From contig JAVECO010000164.1 of the NCBI GenBank assembly GCA_051942205.1, forward strand, positions 1 through 52,795: 52,795 bases of DNA. The letters are read 5' to 3'. A model generated the notes under the pieces. That model did not search any database. It was given only the letters and a program-made list of their open reading frames with translations, and was not told the origin of the DNA. Origin of the DNA: Coniocarpon cinnabarinum (taxonomy: Eukaryota). The position numbers and the translations under genes are program-made. This document shows positions 33,553-47,348 of the stretch, piece by piece; positions within the stretch are counted from its first letter, which is position 1; every line of letters starts with the position of its first letter.

Positions 33553-35655
33553 TCAACGAACAACGCTACCAAAGCTGGGGTCTTTCACACTACCTCCAGC
33601 ATCGCCTAACCCGGCCACGGGTCGATTGTAAGACCAACCCGCAAACTGCTCCTGAGCCGTCGAGGACAGCATGGGTCCATCCACATACGAGTCTGTTGGG
33701 GCTTCGGAGGTAAATTCTGCATCGAAATTGGCAGTATCCAATTGGTTCGCCACGTTCGGCTTGAAAGGCGCTTCGTACTTGCGTGCGAGCAACTTGCGCC
33801 AATCGATCTCCCGGAAGAAGTCATGTGCTTTGATTTCTTCTGATCCCTTAGCACCGAGACGCATATCAGGGCGTCTGTCAAGCAGGCGTGTGAGCAGATC
33901 TCGTAGATCCTTGTGGCGATCGCCATGACTTGACGGTTGCAGGCTGTCTGGAAACTTGAGTGGATCTGAAAGTATGCGTCGGTACATCTCATTGGTGTTC
34001 TCGTTGTAGAAAGGTGGCAAGCCTGTGACCATCTCGAAGAGGAGCACTCCAAGCGTCCACCAGTCGACTGACTTGGTATAGCCGTTTCCATGAAGGAGCT
34101 CTGGGGCTAGATACTCGGGGGTACCGCAGAATGTGTTGGTTTTGTCTTGGTCTTTCATGTCGAGCTTGCAGAGTCCGAAATCACACAGCGCAATATGTCC
34201 GGTGTAATCCAACAGGATGTTTTCTGGTTTCAGATCTCGGTAGATGACGTTGAAACCATGTAAGCATTCTAGAGCGCAAAGCAACTCGGCCGTATAAAAT
34301 CGAGCTCTGTTAGCCTCGAAGGTGTGCTCCTGCTGGAGATGATGGAAGAGCTCGCCGCCGTTCACAAAAGCAAGGGCAAGGTACAGCTTTTCTGGAGACT
34401 GGAACGAAAATTTGAGAGGAACGATGAACGGGTTGTTGATCTGTGCGAGTACGGATCGCTCAGCAAGAGTATGAGAGACCTCTGACCGAGCAATGATATG
34501 CTGTTTTCGAATGGTCTTGAGAGCATAGATTCGGTGCGTGTCCTTTTTCCTTTTAAAGGCATTAGTTGGGAGAGCAGGTACTTTAGTAGATGGATAACAT
34601 ACTGAACCTGCATGACTTTTCCAAAGCTGCCTTTGCCGACGACCTTGAGTAGTTCAAAGTCATCAATCTTGAGTGATTTCGACTGGTTCTCCACGAAATC
34701 AGTGCCCACAAGCACCTGACCCCGCTGTTGAACGTCCTGCGGATCACGAGGGTTTTGCCAGTAAATTGGCGCCCAATTCTGACCACTTTGTGGACCACCT
34801 TGAGAGTTCTTTGACCCAGCGCTTTCCGGTCGCTTCTGTTGAAAACTAGGTGTGATGCGTGTGCTTCCTAGCCAGATGTCTGCACTGCGGCCGGCGTTGG
34901 CTGGCGCATTGGGATTGCGAATGTAGATTGAGACACCAATATCAGTTTGTCGACTGACATCGAACTTGTACTGAGTACTGGTACCCGCCCACAAAGGATT
35001 CTCAGGGGAGCCGGACACGCCGTTGACAAAGATCTGTTGCTTGTCGAAGTCCACTAAAGCATAGGGCAAGTACTTGGAGGAATAGCGACCATGCACAGTT
35101 GGCACAGAGTTGATAGCACCGCCTGATGTTTTCGGTCGTCCGCCATAGCTACCGCTCGACTGGACGCTGCCCTGTGCGAGGGAGGTGGAATTTGGTCGAT
35201 TGTGGCCAGGTTGAAAACCATTGGCATCGCGACCGAGGAAACGCTCTTCGTCCTCTTGAGTGAGACTGAAGCCTCTCCCTTCATGGATGGTTACGACTAA
35301 AATGCCTGGTTTGAGTTGCTGTGCAGGCTCAGAGGTCATTTTGCTCGTGGTCTCTATGAGGGACATCAGCGACGGCGAGTCAAACGAGCGAGGCGTGGAC
35401 TGCACGAACCAATGCCACGAGGGTCTGCATGACTGCTGCCGGCCGTGCTGGGGCTAGTAGCAGAACTGGCGGCGGTTGCAGACGAGTTATCAGAAGAGTC
35501 TGAGGGAACGATTGTGGAGGTGGATGACGAGCGACTGAAGGTGCTAGAAAAGGGAGCGCTCAGATGAGTGTCCTTGAGCTCTATTGACAGTCAATGCATC
35601 GTCGGATAAGGTTGCAAGATTCAAGCTTACTTTTGCTCAAATTCCATTTGGACAT
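33553..35655 (-). CDS. YPK1: AGC Ser/Thr kinase Ypk1/YpkA (SGK-like), about 647 aa; introns 35630-35581, 35409-35354, 34602-34550
   Basis: MSKWNLSKKLKDTHL...FSRSSSTST N-terminus, C2-like domain, LKVVGKGSFGKV, YRDLKPEN, TNTFCGTPEYLAPE, turn motif PTDSYV and hydrophobic motif FAGWSY. Confidence 0.95.
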
Positions 35656-36293
35656 GGTGACGGGTCCGTCTTGCTGGATTGCGGACGCTGATATTTGGGG
35701 CTTAAAATAGGCAAAACCGATAAGAAGCTGGACCCAGCCAGGCAACTTTCAGACGCAGTGAAGTGACAGCAATGCAGAGCCAAAGGCTCAAAGAAGGACA
35801 GAGACTGGCGACGGGGAGGCAGACTGGGTGGATAAAAACATAGGGGAGAGGCAAAGCAGTAACAGCAGAGGTACGGAGTACGTAGGCGTAGGTGCTGCGG
35901 GCACAACGTGACAACGTAAACCCGGGTGCCCACATCAGGCAGGGTCCAATCAGAATTGGGACTAGTGCCCACTGGGGGCAAAACGCGGAAGGATTTCCGC
36001 CGCGGGAGGGTCTTTCCTCTCACCTCAAGGCTCAATCCCGTCCAATCTCCACCGGGGCAGACATCAGCTCGTGGGCTGTCAGCTGTGTGACGCGTCTCCT
36101 GCACACCACCTTGTCGAGAACGTTATTGTTTCACATAGCATTCACCATCCAGCACCGTACGTTTCAGATTTTGACTGACACAACTGTTGACCATGACTCT
36201 TACCACGCCCACCCGATGACCCTCGATCTTCGCCTTGCTGTTGCTAGCTAGGGAATCTCTATAACCTCCCCCGTCGATTGACACACCTTCACC

Positions 36294-37931
36294 ATGGGCG
36301 TCATCAAGAAGAAGACAGCGATAAAGGCGACCGAGGGTGGTGTCAAAATCATCTGCGATATATGCTCCAGCGACATCACTTCCACGGTCCGAATACGATG
36401 CGCCGACCCCGCGTGCAAAGACTACGATCTGTGCGTCCCATGCTTTGCCCGCGGCGAGTCGTCGCGCGATCATAAGCCAGCCACGCATCCATACTGTGTT
36501 ATAGAACAACACTCGGTTCCTATTTTCACGGCCGACTGGGGCGCGGATGAAGAGAGCCTGCTCTTGGAAGGTGCGGAGACTTACGGTCTCGGATCATGGG
36601 CGGACATTGCGGATCACATCGGCGGCTATCGTCACAAGGACGAAGTGCGGGATCATTACATTTCGACCTACATTGACTCTGATCGATTTCCCTTACCCAA
36701 TCACGCAGACCCCAAGAATAAACGGCTGATTGAGGAATGGCCGCGGGAAAAGTTCCAGGCGCGTAAAAAGCGACGAATAGAAGACCGGAGGGAAGAGTTG
36801 AAGAACGAGCCAGCCGCACCTCCAAAGCAGAAGCCCGTGGCGTCGACACCAATATGTCATGAAGTGCAAGGGTACATGCCTGGCCGATTGGAATTCGAGC
36901 ATGAGCACAATGACGCCGCAGAAGAGGCAGTACAACACATGCAGTTCGAGCCTGGTGAGGGTATTGATCCGGACACGGGAGAGATTGAGCCGGAGATGGT
37001 GCTAAAGATGGTGGTCATGGACATCTACAACGCGCGCTTGACAGGTCGAGTGGAGCGGAAACGCTTGATATTTGAGCACCAATTGCTTGAGTACCGTCGA
37101 AATATGGCAATGGAGAAAAAGAAAACCAATGAAGAGCGAGAGCTACTCAAGAAATGCAAACCAATGGCCAAACTCATGCGCAAGACGGACTTCGACGATT
37201 TTACCAAAGATATGGAATACGAGCTGAACCTGCGACAAGCCATCGGCCAGCTGCAAGATTGGCGCAACAACCAAATTGGAGACCTCAAGAGCGGCGAAGA
37301 GTACGAGCAGAAGAAGGCCGCGCGTATCGCGCGCATCGCCGCACAGAGCAGCTACGATCGTTTTGCTACAAGTCGGCCAGTTAAGAGCCAGCCACCGGAA
37401 GGCAATCCTGCAGTCGCGCATCTGGTGAGTCCGAGCATGTCTAGAATAACAAATGGAGTCTCTCCGGAACCAAACTCAAAACATGTGAATGGACTGCCTA
37501 ACGGAACACCCCTGAAGTCCGAAATAGAGTCGAGAGCCTTGGCCAATGGTGCATCTACCGCCAACGCCACGCCTGCACCGGAATCAAAACGGGGAACAAC
37601 ACCAGCAGCCACTCACATGCCACTGCCACAACGCTCAAAATTCACGGTAGCACCTTTGCCGAATACAGTACCCCTCGACCTTGCCACCGGAGATGAGAAC
37701 GCATATCCGGACAATCGCATATTAACAGAAGACGAGCGTGAGCTCATAAGCCAACTACGCATTGCGCCACGAGCATATGCGGCCATCAAAGAAGCGATAT
37801 TGCGAGAAGCGGTGCGACTCGGAGGAAGCATGAAGAAGAAGATGGCCAAAGAAGTTGCGAGGATCGACCCCGCCAAAGTTGGGAAGATCTTCGATTTTAT
37901 GGTCCATAACGGCTGGATAGGCAGAGCGTAG
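36294..37931 (+). CDS. ADA2: SAGA/ADA histone acetyltransferase adaptor Ada2
   Basis: ZZ finger (CDICSSDIT...DLCVPCF), SANT (WGADEESLLLEG...GLGSWADIADHIG), GYMPGRLEF and C-terminal SWIRM (IFDFMVHNGW); intronless. Confidence 0.97.
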   Translation: MGVIKKKTAIKATEGGVKIICDICSSDITSTVRIRCADPACKDYDLCVPCFARGESSRDHKPATHPYCVIEQHSVPIFTADWGADEESLLLEGAETYGLGSWADIADHIGGYRHKDEVRDHYISTYIDSDRFPLPNHADPKNKRLIEEWPREKFQARKKRRIEDRREELKNEPAAPPKQKPVASTPICHEVQGYMPGRLEFEHEHNDAAEEAVQHMQFEPGEGIDPDTGEIEPEMVLKMVVMDIYNARLTGRVERKRLIFEHQLLEYRRNMAMEKKKTNEERELLKKCKPMAKLMRKTDFDDFTKDMEYELNLRQAIGQLQDWRNNQIGDLKSGEEYEQKKAARIARIAAQSSYDRFATSRPVKSQPPEGNPAVAHLVSPSMSRITNGVSPEPNSKHVNGLPNGTPLKSEIESRALANGASTANATPAPESKRGTTPAATHMPLPQRSKFTVAPLPNTVPLDLATGDENAYPDNRILTEDERELISQLRIAPRAYAAIKEAILREAVRLGGSMKKKMAKEVARIDPAKVGKIFDFMVHNGWIGRA

Positions 37932-38518
37932 GGCGCTGAGGATAGCCTAGACCCGTAGGAATGTCGCACGCGATTGTACAGACTGCAGATCTGTACATAC
38001 GTAGGCGTGACCATTTCTGGATGCATTGCACAAAGTCCGCTTGGCAGGCCCAGCGAGAGCTTGTGAGCATCCACGTATGATACCCATGTTAGACGTCGAG
38101 GATGACTCATTTATGTCCTGGCAGTCTTGCAGAAGAGGCTGTGAGCGTTGTCCGTGCTGATTCAGGATTGAGCGTCTTGAGGCGACCCTTGTTGGTCTGA
38201 CCTAACCTCCACATCGGACCTGAAGAATTTGGAAATAGTCACGTGCTTTCCTGCGCAGCAGTCTTTTGCGTCGATGTGACATTAGAAGACTTAGCCACAC
38301 CTGCGTGTCTGCGCCGTGGTCCTCTTGGGTAGGACAGCAGGTCGGTAATCTTGTACAGCCTCATGATGTGACGACCATTGTCTAAACTTGTCACGAATGT
38401 ACCATGAAGCCGCCGCGCTCTGGAGCCATCACAAGGGTCAAAGTGCTCCGAACTTGTCTCCTGTGTGACTGAGCTCGAAGTACACGTCTGAGCTAAGTTT
38501 GATGGACTGCTGGCTGAT

Positions 38519-40400
38519 GTGCAGAGCGACCTGGGGATTTGTACTACAAATTGGAAAGAATACAATGCCCAGCATGAATGCTCGCTCAGTCCAGAGGAGG
38601 GGAAACCAAGGTACCTGCATGATCTGCAGCTTAAGCGTATAGCGCAGCAAGGCGTCGGACGCCCAGAATCTGCCTTGCGCCACATGGCTATTGGCTCGAT
38701 AACCGCCCATCACTTACGGTCCACTGCGCGACGGTCAGTACTTTGTTGAGCAACATGGTCAACCTGCGGTCCTCTCAAAACATCCACAGCAGGCTTTGTT
38801 ACATAACCCACATAGCATAATGCGAATCCTAGACTACGAATCCAGGAAGACACGTGCAGAATGGGAGCTTTCATACCAGCGACAAACTGAGAGCAACGCA
38901 GAAGAGCTTGCTCGTGAATCTCCATCTGCATCGGGAGAACAGCAACGTGTGGTTTCTCGTGGCCAATCTGACAGATCGAATGCAGCTGAAACGTCGGGTT
39001 CAACCGACGGTAATACACACAGAGAACAGCAGAGATCTCAAAGAGCTATTAAGCAGAAGCCACCGCGACGGAAAAGTCGTGGCGTCTCTGTCTCCGTTTC
39101 CATCTTGAAACTTGTAGCGGCCTTGGCTGGGTTGGCTGTGCCGGTTTATTACGGCTGGGAGACGCTGAAATATGCCAGATGGGAAGCCGTTCATGATTTC
39201 CGTGAAGGATGTGAGAGTGATCAGGTGAGTAGCGAGGTCTTGATATGATAGCTATCAACGTCTGTGTGTTGACATTCACAGCTGAACAATCGCACTCTGA
39301 CACCAGCCTGCGCGCTAGCCTTGCGATTGCCCACCCAATCTCTACCTGCCCACAGACTCAAGCCACGAGATGGTGTACCTGCCGGCAGTCATGTTACATT
39401 TTTGTTGACCTTGCTCTTATACCAAGGACAATATCTGTATGAACGAACGTCGGAACGTGCTGCGTATGTCGCCTCCATCATCGTCGCCACACTCGCGGGC
39501 GGCGTGTTCACGACTATTCTCTTTCGATCGCGATTCGAGCCTTTTCATCCTCATACCTCGCTGGTACGAAGTGACACGCGTGCTGAATTAGCTACTCTTG
39601 ACCTAGAGGGGCCTGATGGGATATGTCCTACTTGCCAAAGGCCAACATGGGTCAGCGTTGCAACGTCGTCGAGCCAAACGACTCTGGAAGAGCGTATTCG
39701 AGATCACCATCAGCGCTCCGCATCTGAGACTGCGAGTCGGCGTGTTGACGATCTCATTAAGCAGTACTTTTACACACGTCGGCAGTTTGATGCCCATGAC
39801 TTGGCTTTCGCAATCTGGACGAGCAGAAACGGCTTTGCAATTCCAGATCCGCAGTTCAAGGCACAGCAAGAACTTTCCTTCGTGGTCGAAGGCTTGGAAA
39901 AGAAATTGCAATCCTTGGAAGTCGAATTTGATGGCCTAGTGCATTCCGACCCGCATAACTTCCAGGTCGCTCCCGCATTGCTATCCATGGACGAACCGTG
40001 GATGAAGGCTGCAAGATCTACTCCACTAGAGCCTCTAAAGATTCTGGACCGATTCGAAAGAAAGATCAGAGCTCGTTGGTACAACCTCTGGTCGGATGAA
40101 TTCATTGGACTGGCAGAGGTTGAGATAAATGATTCACAAGGAGAGCTTGAGAACAATGAAGATATCAAGAATCCCCACAATTTTCGTCTTCCGGACCCCG
40201 ACGGTGGAGACTGGGATTCAGAGTACGAAGATGAGATTAGGGAAAGGCTCAGGCCCTCAAAGAAGACTGTCTACCCGATCAACAACTTAGACTTGGGTAA
40301 TATTCCCGGCCTTTTGAAGGATGTAAACTCTGGTCGGAAGCGTACACTAACAATGCCGGACATGCCCTATAGCGTAAACAGCATTTCGCCACCACGATGA
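38519..40400 (+). CDS. Hypothetical membrane protein; 5' end uncertain; introns 39225-39281 and probably 38734-38815
   Basis: gtgagt...ttgac...cag joins ORF 38796-39248 in frame with ORF 39321-40400. There are 2-3 hydrophobic segments. An upstream gtcagt...catag intron also joins ORF 38519 in frame. Confidence 0.6.
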
Positions 40401-43400
40401 TGTACCTAGTGCACATAGGACTCCATCTCAAAAAAAAGGCGAACAAGAGTGCGTCACTCATGTTCTCTCTGACCACTGAGACATATGTCACAGAAATTTC
40501 GGTCATTGCAACGGGAGCCGGAAGCCGGCTGCATGAACATGGACAGCCTTGTCATAATCGGAGTGATTGGTCAATTAATGAGAGATACATCAGCGCTCAG
40601 CATGCCTACACTCCTAGTATTCGAAAGCGCACGCTCCTTCACGTCTGGCTTCGGCATGCGTGCTAGTTGATTGCCACGCAACGTCGTTCCTCCGATGTGT
40701 CATTTGTGCTGCTGCCAGAATTCCTTCTAAAGCCGCGGTGCATCATGGGTAAGAAGGTAGACCAAAACGCTCCCGTGATCAAGCATGTGCCAGGGGTGTT
40801 ACAGTGATGGAAAGCCGCGCAATGCCTACGGACTCGTCACTGTAAACATCTGACGAAGAAATCGTCGCATAGGGGCGATAGCTTGACAGTGCTTGCATCT
40901 TGTTCCGGATTTGATGTGTACGCACTCAATATTGAATGAAGATGCTCATCATCGCCCCTCTGCTGAAGCTTCTATAATGCTGAGTTGTTTGGCTGTGAGA
41001 ACGACGCGGAAAGCTGGCCTCCCCTCCAGCCGTTAACAAGAGGAGTACTCGTAGATGAGACTCGATATCACAAGTGCTTTCTCCTTGCTCACTTGCGCGA
41101 TGTTAATCGGAGCATGCTGTGAGAAGGATACGCTTAAGCCATCGCAGTGGGCTTCATCTACTCGGCAGAGTATTTGGAGAGATAGCTCAGGTTCAATCAA
41201 ACAGAGATCAGGGGCTGTTCCGTGATCTACATGTATTTGCAAGTCACGATTGCATCATCAAGTTTACTGGATTGCTCAAGCGCCATCACTGACGATGAGC
41301 AACAGCTGTGATCCATCACAGCTCGAACGCGTTGGATGCAAGACTTGATCGTGCAACTGATTCAATCATAGCCTTCTTCTATGTCAAGATAACCCCTACG
41401 TTCTTAGGAAGACATCGAAGATATTCTCTTAGATCGCTCCTTCGCATTAGTCATGCGGCATGACGCTCCAATGCTCAGTGCAAGGGAGCGACAAGACCTA
41501 CAATGCGTTTCGTCATTGCGAAGCTCGCGGAAAATTCACATAAAAGGGGTGTAAGACTGCACGCTGCAAGCACATTCGCGCACTTGCTTACAATCGCGTC
41601 GGAAAGGGCGCAGGGGCCATAGGCTGATGTCTCGACATATTCACAAAGACTGAAAGGACCTGTGCTCGAGACCTTTATCGTCTGTGTTGAGTGCAATTGC
41701 GATAATGCATCTCATCATTGTCTACAGAGATAAATCGTTCAGTGCTGTAATAGCAAGAAGGCAAGCGATGTTCTAGTCTTAGTAATGGAGGGCCGCCCCT
41801 ATGCGTGCCTGTTGTTGACCAACCACAAAAAGCTCGATTCTTTCTATGAACGGCGGGCGTCTATCTCTAAGCCCATGTCAATCCAAGTTCTTCGATCCAT
41901 GCGGTGTGAGGAGCATGATTAGTACAACGAAATATGCGGATTAGGGGGTGTTGGCAGTGTTCCATGTCCACCACAGAAGCGAGAATGTTCTGTACCACAT
42001 CGCCAGGGGCAAGCTGCACTCGATCCCACTTGTCCTGCTCAGCCGTAATTCTATGTCTCTTGTTTTAACGATGACTTCTGATGATGGCCATCGTGATCGC
42101 ATCAGTATTAGCAGAAAATCTCAAAGCGGCTGTAGAGGTGATGATGTTTCGGTAATGCGAGATGAAAATGCAACTTGCCCTCAGCCTTGCACGTAAGCTT
42201 TTCTCAGTTTGTCTCCAACTATGTTTTTTTCAGAGCTGCTATGGAACATATCCGATTAAAGATTCGTGCCAATCAATCTCCTCACGTTAGTGCGAATATT
42301 ACAAGCTCAACATATTGAGCTTCTTGACCTGACGATGAGAGTCTCGATCAATCAACACTCGAGTAAAAGCACGGGTACACACATAATCTCGACAAAAGAG
42401 GTGCAAATTGAAATGAAGGTGCCAATCTATGCCCGCAAGTACGCGCTTCTTCTGCGTTGCTGATCATATCGCTAATGAAGAGCAATATCATCACGACGTG
42501 ATACCAAATACAAGACGCTTCTCCGACAGTCTTCGTACGACAGCTTCACTTGGCAAGAACTCATTCATTGACGTCAGCTCCTTGAGCTTCCTAACCAGCA
42601 TTAGAAAATGGCTGCAATAGAGTTTAGGGCTGTTGGGAGTTGAGTGTAAACGTTGGAATTCGAAGTTGAATACGGGAGGAAACTCGATGTTCGATATAAT
42701 CAAGAGCTCCACGTGGCACGATGTACTGATTCGTGCTTCGTGTGGACACTTGTTTAAGTGCTTCAAAGAGCTCCACAGGATATCAACTAGTCAAGGGTCT
42801 GGAAGGAACTAGCCAGTTTCCCGTCCTCGCATGGAGGCAGTCTCTGCTAAGTCTGCTGAAAATGACAGGAGGTTTGTGTGCTGATTTGTCCTGTATGCTT
42901 CTCAACTTCGGCAGCATGCTGCCCAACATTGTCAAGGAAGAAACGTTCATGATGCCTTGCACCGTCGTCGGTGAGCGTCAGGAAATCATAAATTTAGCGT
43001 GTACAGCACTACACAGGACTATAAGGGACTACACAGCCAACAGTGAGATGAGCCTCTCGCTACTTCGCATATAGCATTGCGCAGTCCTCTGTCTCAATGA
43101 ACAGTTCAGCCTGTACGTTTCTCAATATTCATGACCTTACTCTCAACTTGAGCCAAAAGCACAGCACAAATTAAACAGGCGACACGACATCACTGGTCAC
43201 CAAAGACGTTGACAAGAACAAAAAGTTTGTGTCTACCAAAGCGAAGCAATTCATGAAGGTCTAAAGACTTTTCTACATATATAGGAAGAAGTCGGGTCTC
43301 TTGAAAAGCCTGAAGAGAGCAGGGACCAGGTACACATTGTCATCGCAGGATCTTCGTTTGAACGTCGACAAAGCAGGTGAGCATGATGCAGAGAAACCGC

Positions 43401-46400
43401 AGGTAGACAACTTTGGCGCACGGTTGACTGCTTCCCCTCCCAGCCCGCTTTCCACCATGGCAATGCAAATGTGTACTCTTGCTTCCGCACTGAGCAACGA
43501 AGTCCTGCTGTGACTGTAATGGCTGCGTTAGATCAGCTGAGCTTGGCACCTTCTTCGAATGATGTAACCAAGACTTGGCTTTAACGAAATCAGCAGAACG
43601 ATTATAAGTCTTGTAGGTGACAGACCCTCCCAGGTCATCTCAATGACCGCAATCTGAGGAGAAACCAGTGTACATGAAGAACTAGGGGCAAGCTGAACGA
43701 CAGCTTTGCGAACCGTGCCAATACCTGGAGGCGATTTGTTCGCAAAAGCGCGCTTGACGGTGATGAGGAGGATCATCAGCAGCATAAAGTGCTGCTCAGA
43801 TGTCGCAATATCCAAAGATATCTAATGCGCAACGCTTGGAGCTGGACTGGTTCAATCGTCTGAATATCATTCAAGCTAGAAGCCCCTATCTGGCAAAAGT
43901 CCGCGGTACCGACGCACTATTGCTAGTTCTACGTGACAACAATGGTCGAAGTGTAAGACGTTATATTCCTAGCATTGACTTGAACAAGCCACGCTGGCTA
44001 TTTTGTTGCATATAAGTACGGCGACGAACGTAGCCTTGAGTCTCAGCAAGAATCGACTCAAAAATTGATACGAAACCTTTGAAGGAGAGGGATGAGCTAG
44101 ACACGGAAGGTAAGATGAATGACAGCCTGTTCAAGTGATGATCATTATCAGCGGCAGCAACAGTCAGCGTCAGAAAAGATCGATACGGTTACAAAAATGA
44201 ATTCTTCAGGTTGACGCGCAACTCAAAAAGCTATAGTAACAAGTGCAAACCCCTCTATAGCACAATTGACGATGTGGTCGAGACGCAGATTTGACTCTAA
44301 TGATTAAGTGCTTAGTGGCAAGTGAGAGCTTGAATAAAGCTTCAAAGCCTGCTGCTAAGATCCGCATCACGTGCTCTGGCATGCGACGACTTGCTCTTGT
44401 CACAATGCCCATTAAATTTGAACGACAAGACAGGATATGCACCTGAAGTGTAAGCTACGGCTTAAAGGCACCGCAGGGGTCTTCGAACTTAAAGAAATAG
44501 CGAAATTAAGAGCACCCACGGTCCGATCAGAACACCCTTTTCCCGCGATTCAAAACAAGCACCAGTCTCAGCTTTCAAGGTTGCGCGCTGGAATGCTCTC
44601 CGCTTCGAATACATGATGCCGAACAAGAATGATGTCGCCCGACTAGGGGAAGTTTGCAAGACACTGGTTACTTGCTTAGAGACAAATGACTACGCTGACA
44701 ATCACGACGTAGAGCATACGAAGCCGAAAAAAGCGCACGAAGATGCTGCGCATCATCGTTTGACCCACTTAATAGCTTATGCAAAATCTAGATACTGTTT
44801 CAAGATGGGAGCTGTCCCAATGGTCCGGACTTTGACATATTCTATGCCCTTCTTTTTGGAGAAGCCGTACGAATCTAGCTTTGAGTGAGAAGCTCTTCTG
44901 TAATCTTGCAGAATGCAGATAGTTGCAAATGCTTGCTGTGAAATTCCACATGACACGAACCTCTTCTATCTATCTCAATTGGAGCATTGCGAAAATTAAA
45001 ACCAAATGTCATCATGTATGGTTAGCAATGCAATGATCTGGGTAATGTGGGGGTTGTGAGCTCTTCTCACCTAAGAGAGAGGAAACATCACATCCGAAAC
45101 TTGGAAGAGAAGCTGGTCTTGAGTGGTTGTTGCTAATGATCCGCACCATCAATGCGCAACATCATCAAAAACAGTTTCTGTTGCTTGGTTACACATCAGA
45201 GACGAGACCCCTAATTGATAGGCAAGTGGTGTCTTGAGTCGATAAACATATGACGATGGAGCTATAGCTCCGGCCGTGATTGTGAGCAAGAAGGTCAAGG
45301 CGAGGGGTTCGCAGTAACCAACCGAAGAGCTTCCAAAGGCAGATTGAAGGGACAACGGAAAGTGCGTAGAACAAGTCCCAGGGGTACATGTGCGTAACGA
45401 GTCCTTAGAATACTTTGTTAAAACTATCTGCACCAATGGAACTAATCTCACGAAATACGATATTAGGGGGCAGCATCAACGTATACTTTGCTGTCGCACA
45501 TCACCAGCAATACTGCACGAGACAAGTTTTTACACGACGAAAGGCGTTTAGAGACCCTGGCAGTGACGCTTCATTGACATCGACCTTGACGTGTCTCAAT
45601 GAAGTTTTCCCCTGCGTGAATAGTTCGGGATGCTGACTTGCTTCCTTTGTGCTATGTCACAAGCACCGACCAAATGGACTCGCTAAAGCTCAAAAAATCT
45701 GGTAAGATCCAACGAACTAGTTCGAAAAGCGTGATGTGCAATGTTTCTTTAATGACTTCGACCTCAAAGTGCTTGATCAAAAGTCTGAGTTGCAAGCTGT
45801 ACTCAACAGTTCACTGCTCCGTTAGGGGTTATAGTCGCATACTGGAGCGCATATGTGTTGGAGGGCACCCCAGGAGGTAATATGAGGTATCATCTTGGAC
45901 TGAAAACCTCGCATTATCTGTGCTTGATGACGAATAGCATCATTTCACGGAATCACCACATCTTATCAGCTCCCTGCAAACGACAAGCAGTTTCTCAATA
46001 CTACAGATATCCCCTTTGTCAATTTTTGAATTGCCTAAAGTTTCGCTTTTTTGTTGATGCTCCTTGAGCAAGATGCTCAAGTCGAGACTTTTATAAGTTC
46101 AACACTGATCTGAAGCTCGACTCAGTACACAGGCATATGACGAAACCATGTCAGCTGAGTAGACAAGAGTCATGTGACAGAGCGTTGATGAAAATACTTA
46201 TATCATGGAACAGAAAGGTCGTCAAGACCACAAGCTACAGCAAGCACTCTCGTATGTGCATAAGAAGATGAGGATGAGAAGGGGATGTGATGAGAGCAAA
46301 GAATGCAGCACGAAAATTATAATCTACACCAAGACGAACGTATTCGATGACGCTCGTTGCTAGTGTCTAGGCTTGGTGATACCCAGCATCGTTGGTGTTC

Positions 46401-47348
46401 ACTCCCATATCATCATTTCCACTGGGAATGGCTGCACATGTCATGATAATGCCCCCTACCGCAGATACACGGCAAGAGAGCAGGTGCGCTGCTCTCTTGC
46501 AACACGATACAGAGGTTCAGAAGGAGGATCGCACATGCTTAAGCATGCTGAGACTTTGATCACGTGCTGCGTCTTCGTAATTTATAGAGATAGCTTCCGT
46601 GTGATATGTCTTCATGGTTTTGTGCATAAAAATGAATCGCTTAGTCGCTTGTTGAGTTGCAACTAGATGTAATCACTCACTAGCGTTTACATCTACGATA
46701 GTAGGGACGTCCAAGAATATAACGAGTCAATCTCTGCATTGATGCATGCTGATGGCTGTAAGCTTGCGAGAATTTAGTACTGCAGGAACGCTTGAGAGCT
46801 CAATGATGCTAATATTCATCATTTTTCATCGTTTGTTCAACTTGCTCACACATCTGAGATGGTCACTATCCCCTCACATGCCTTTTGTCGCGTCTTTTCT
46901 AAAGTGCTTGACGTTTGAAGCGCACTACTGACACTTTACAGTATGAATACTGCAGCAGCTCTATAACGAGCTATGCAATCCAGTGATGACGGCATACACA
47001 ACACTCTTATGGGTCATATTATATAAACAAGACACTATAGTTAGTAGCACCGTGAACTTGCCGAATTGGCAAGCAACCGCAGTTAGTAACAATTCACGAA
47101 GACGGAAGAGGAGAGATAGGAGACATGGCGTCGGTTCGGACATTGTTCAATTTGTTTCATTTCAGTTGATCAATGATGCAAAGCATCATTGTGAGCACAC
47201 AGCCAAGCACATCGCGTCAACGCTCTACCGACTGACCTTCCCCCTGTCGTCGTTGTCATTGTCGTGATCGTCGTCAGTAGCATACTGCACGTCTGATACG
47301 AGTGTAGCTGTAAAAAAGGGCCGGCTTTGGCGCTAGTTTTAAGCTGTC

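Noticed and set aside
17431..35655. A lipid-homeostasis cluster (IFA38, ERG28, FOX2, YPK1)
   Set aside because: These act in different pathways and compartments and are interleaved with unrelated housekeeping genes; ordinary synteny explains it.
37975..37997. Small palindromes or hairpins (tgtacaga-N7-tctgtaca after ADA2; tagatccggatcta near 5208; agaggggctattg x2 at 13123)
   Set aside because: Short isolated features within chance expectation for 50 kb, with no supporting context.
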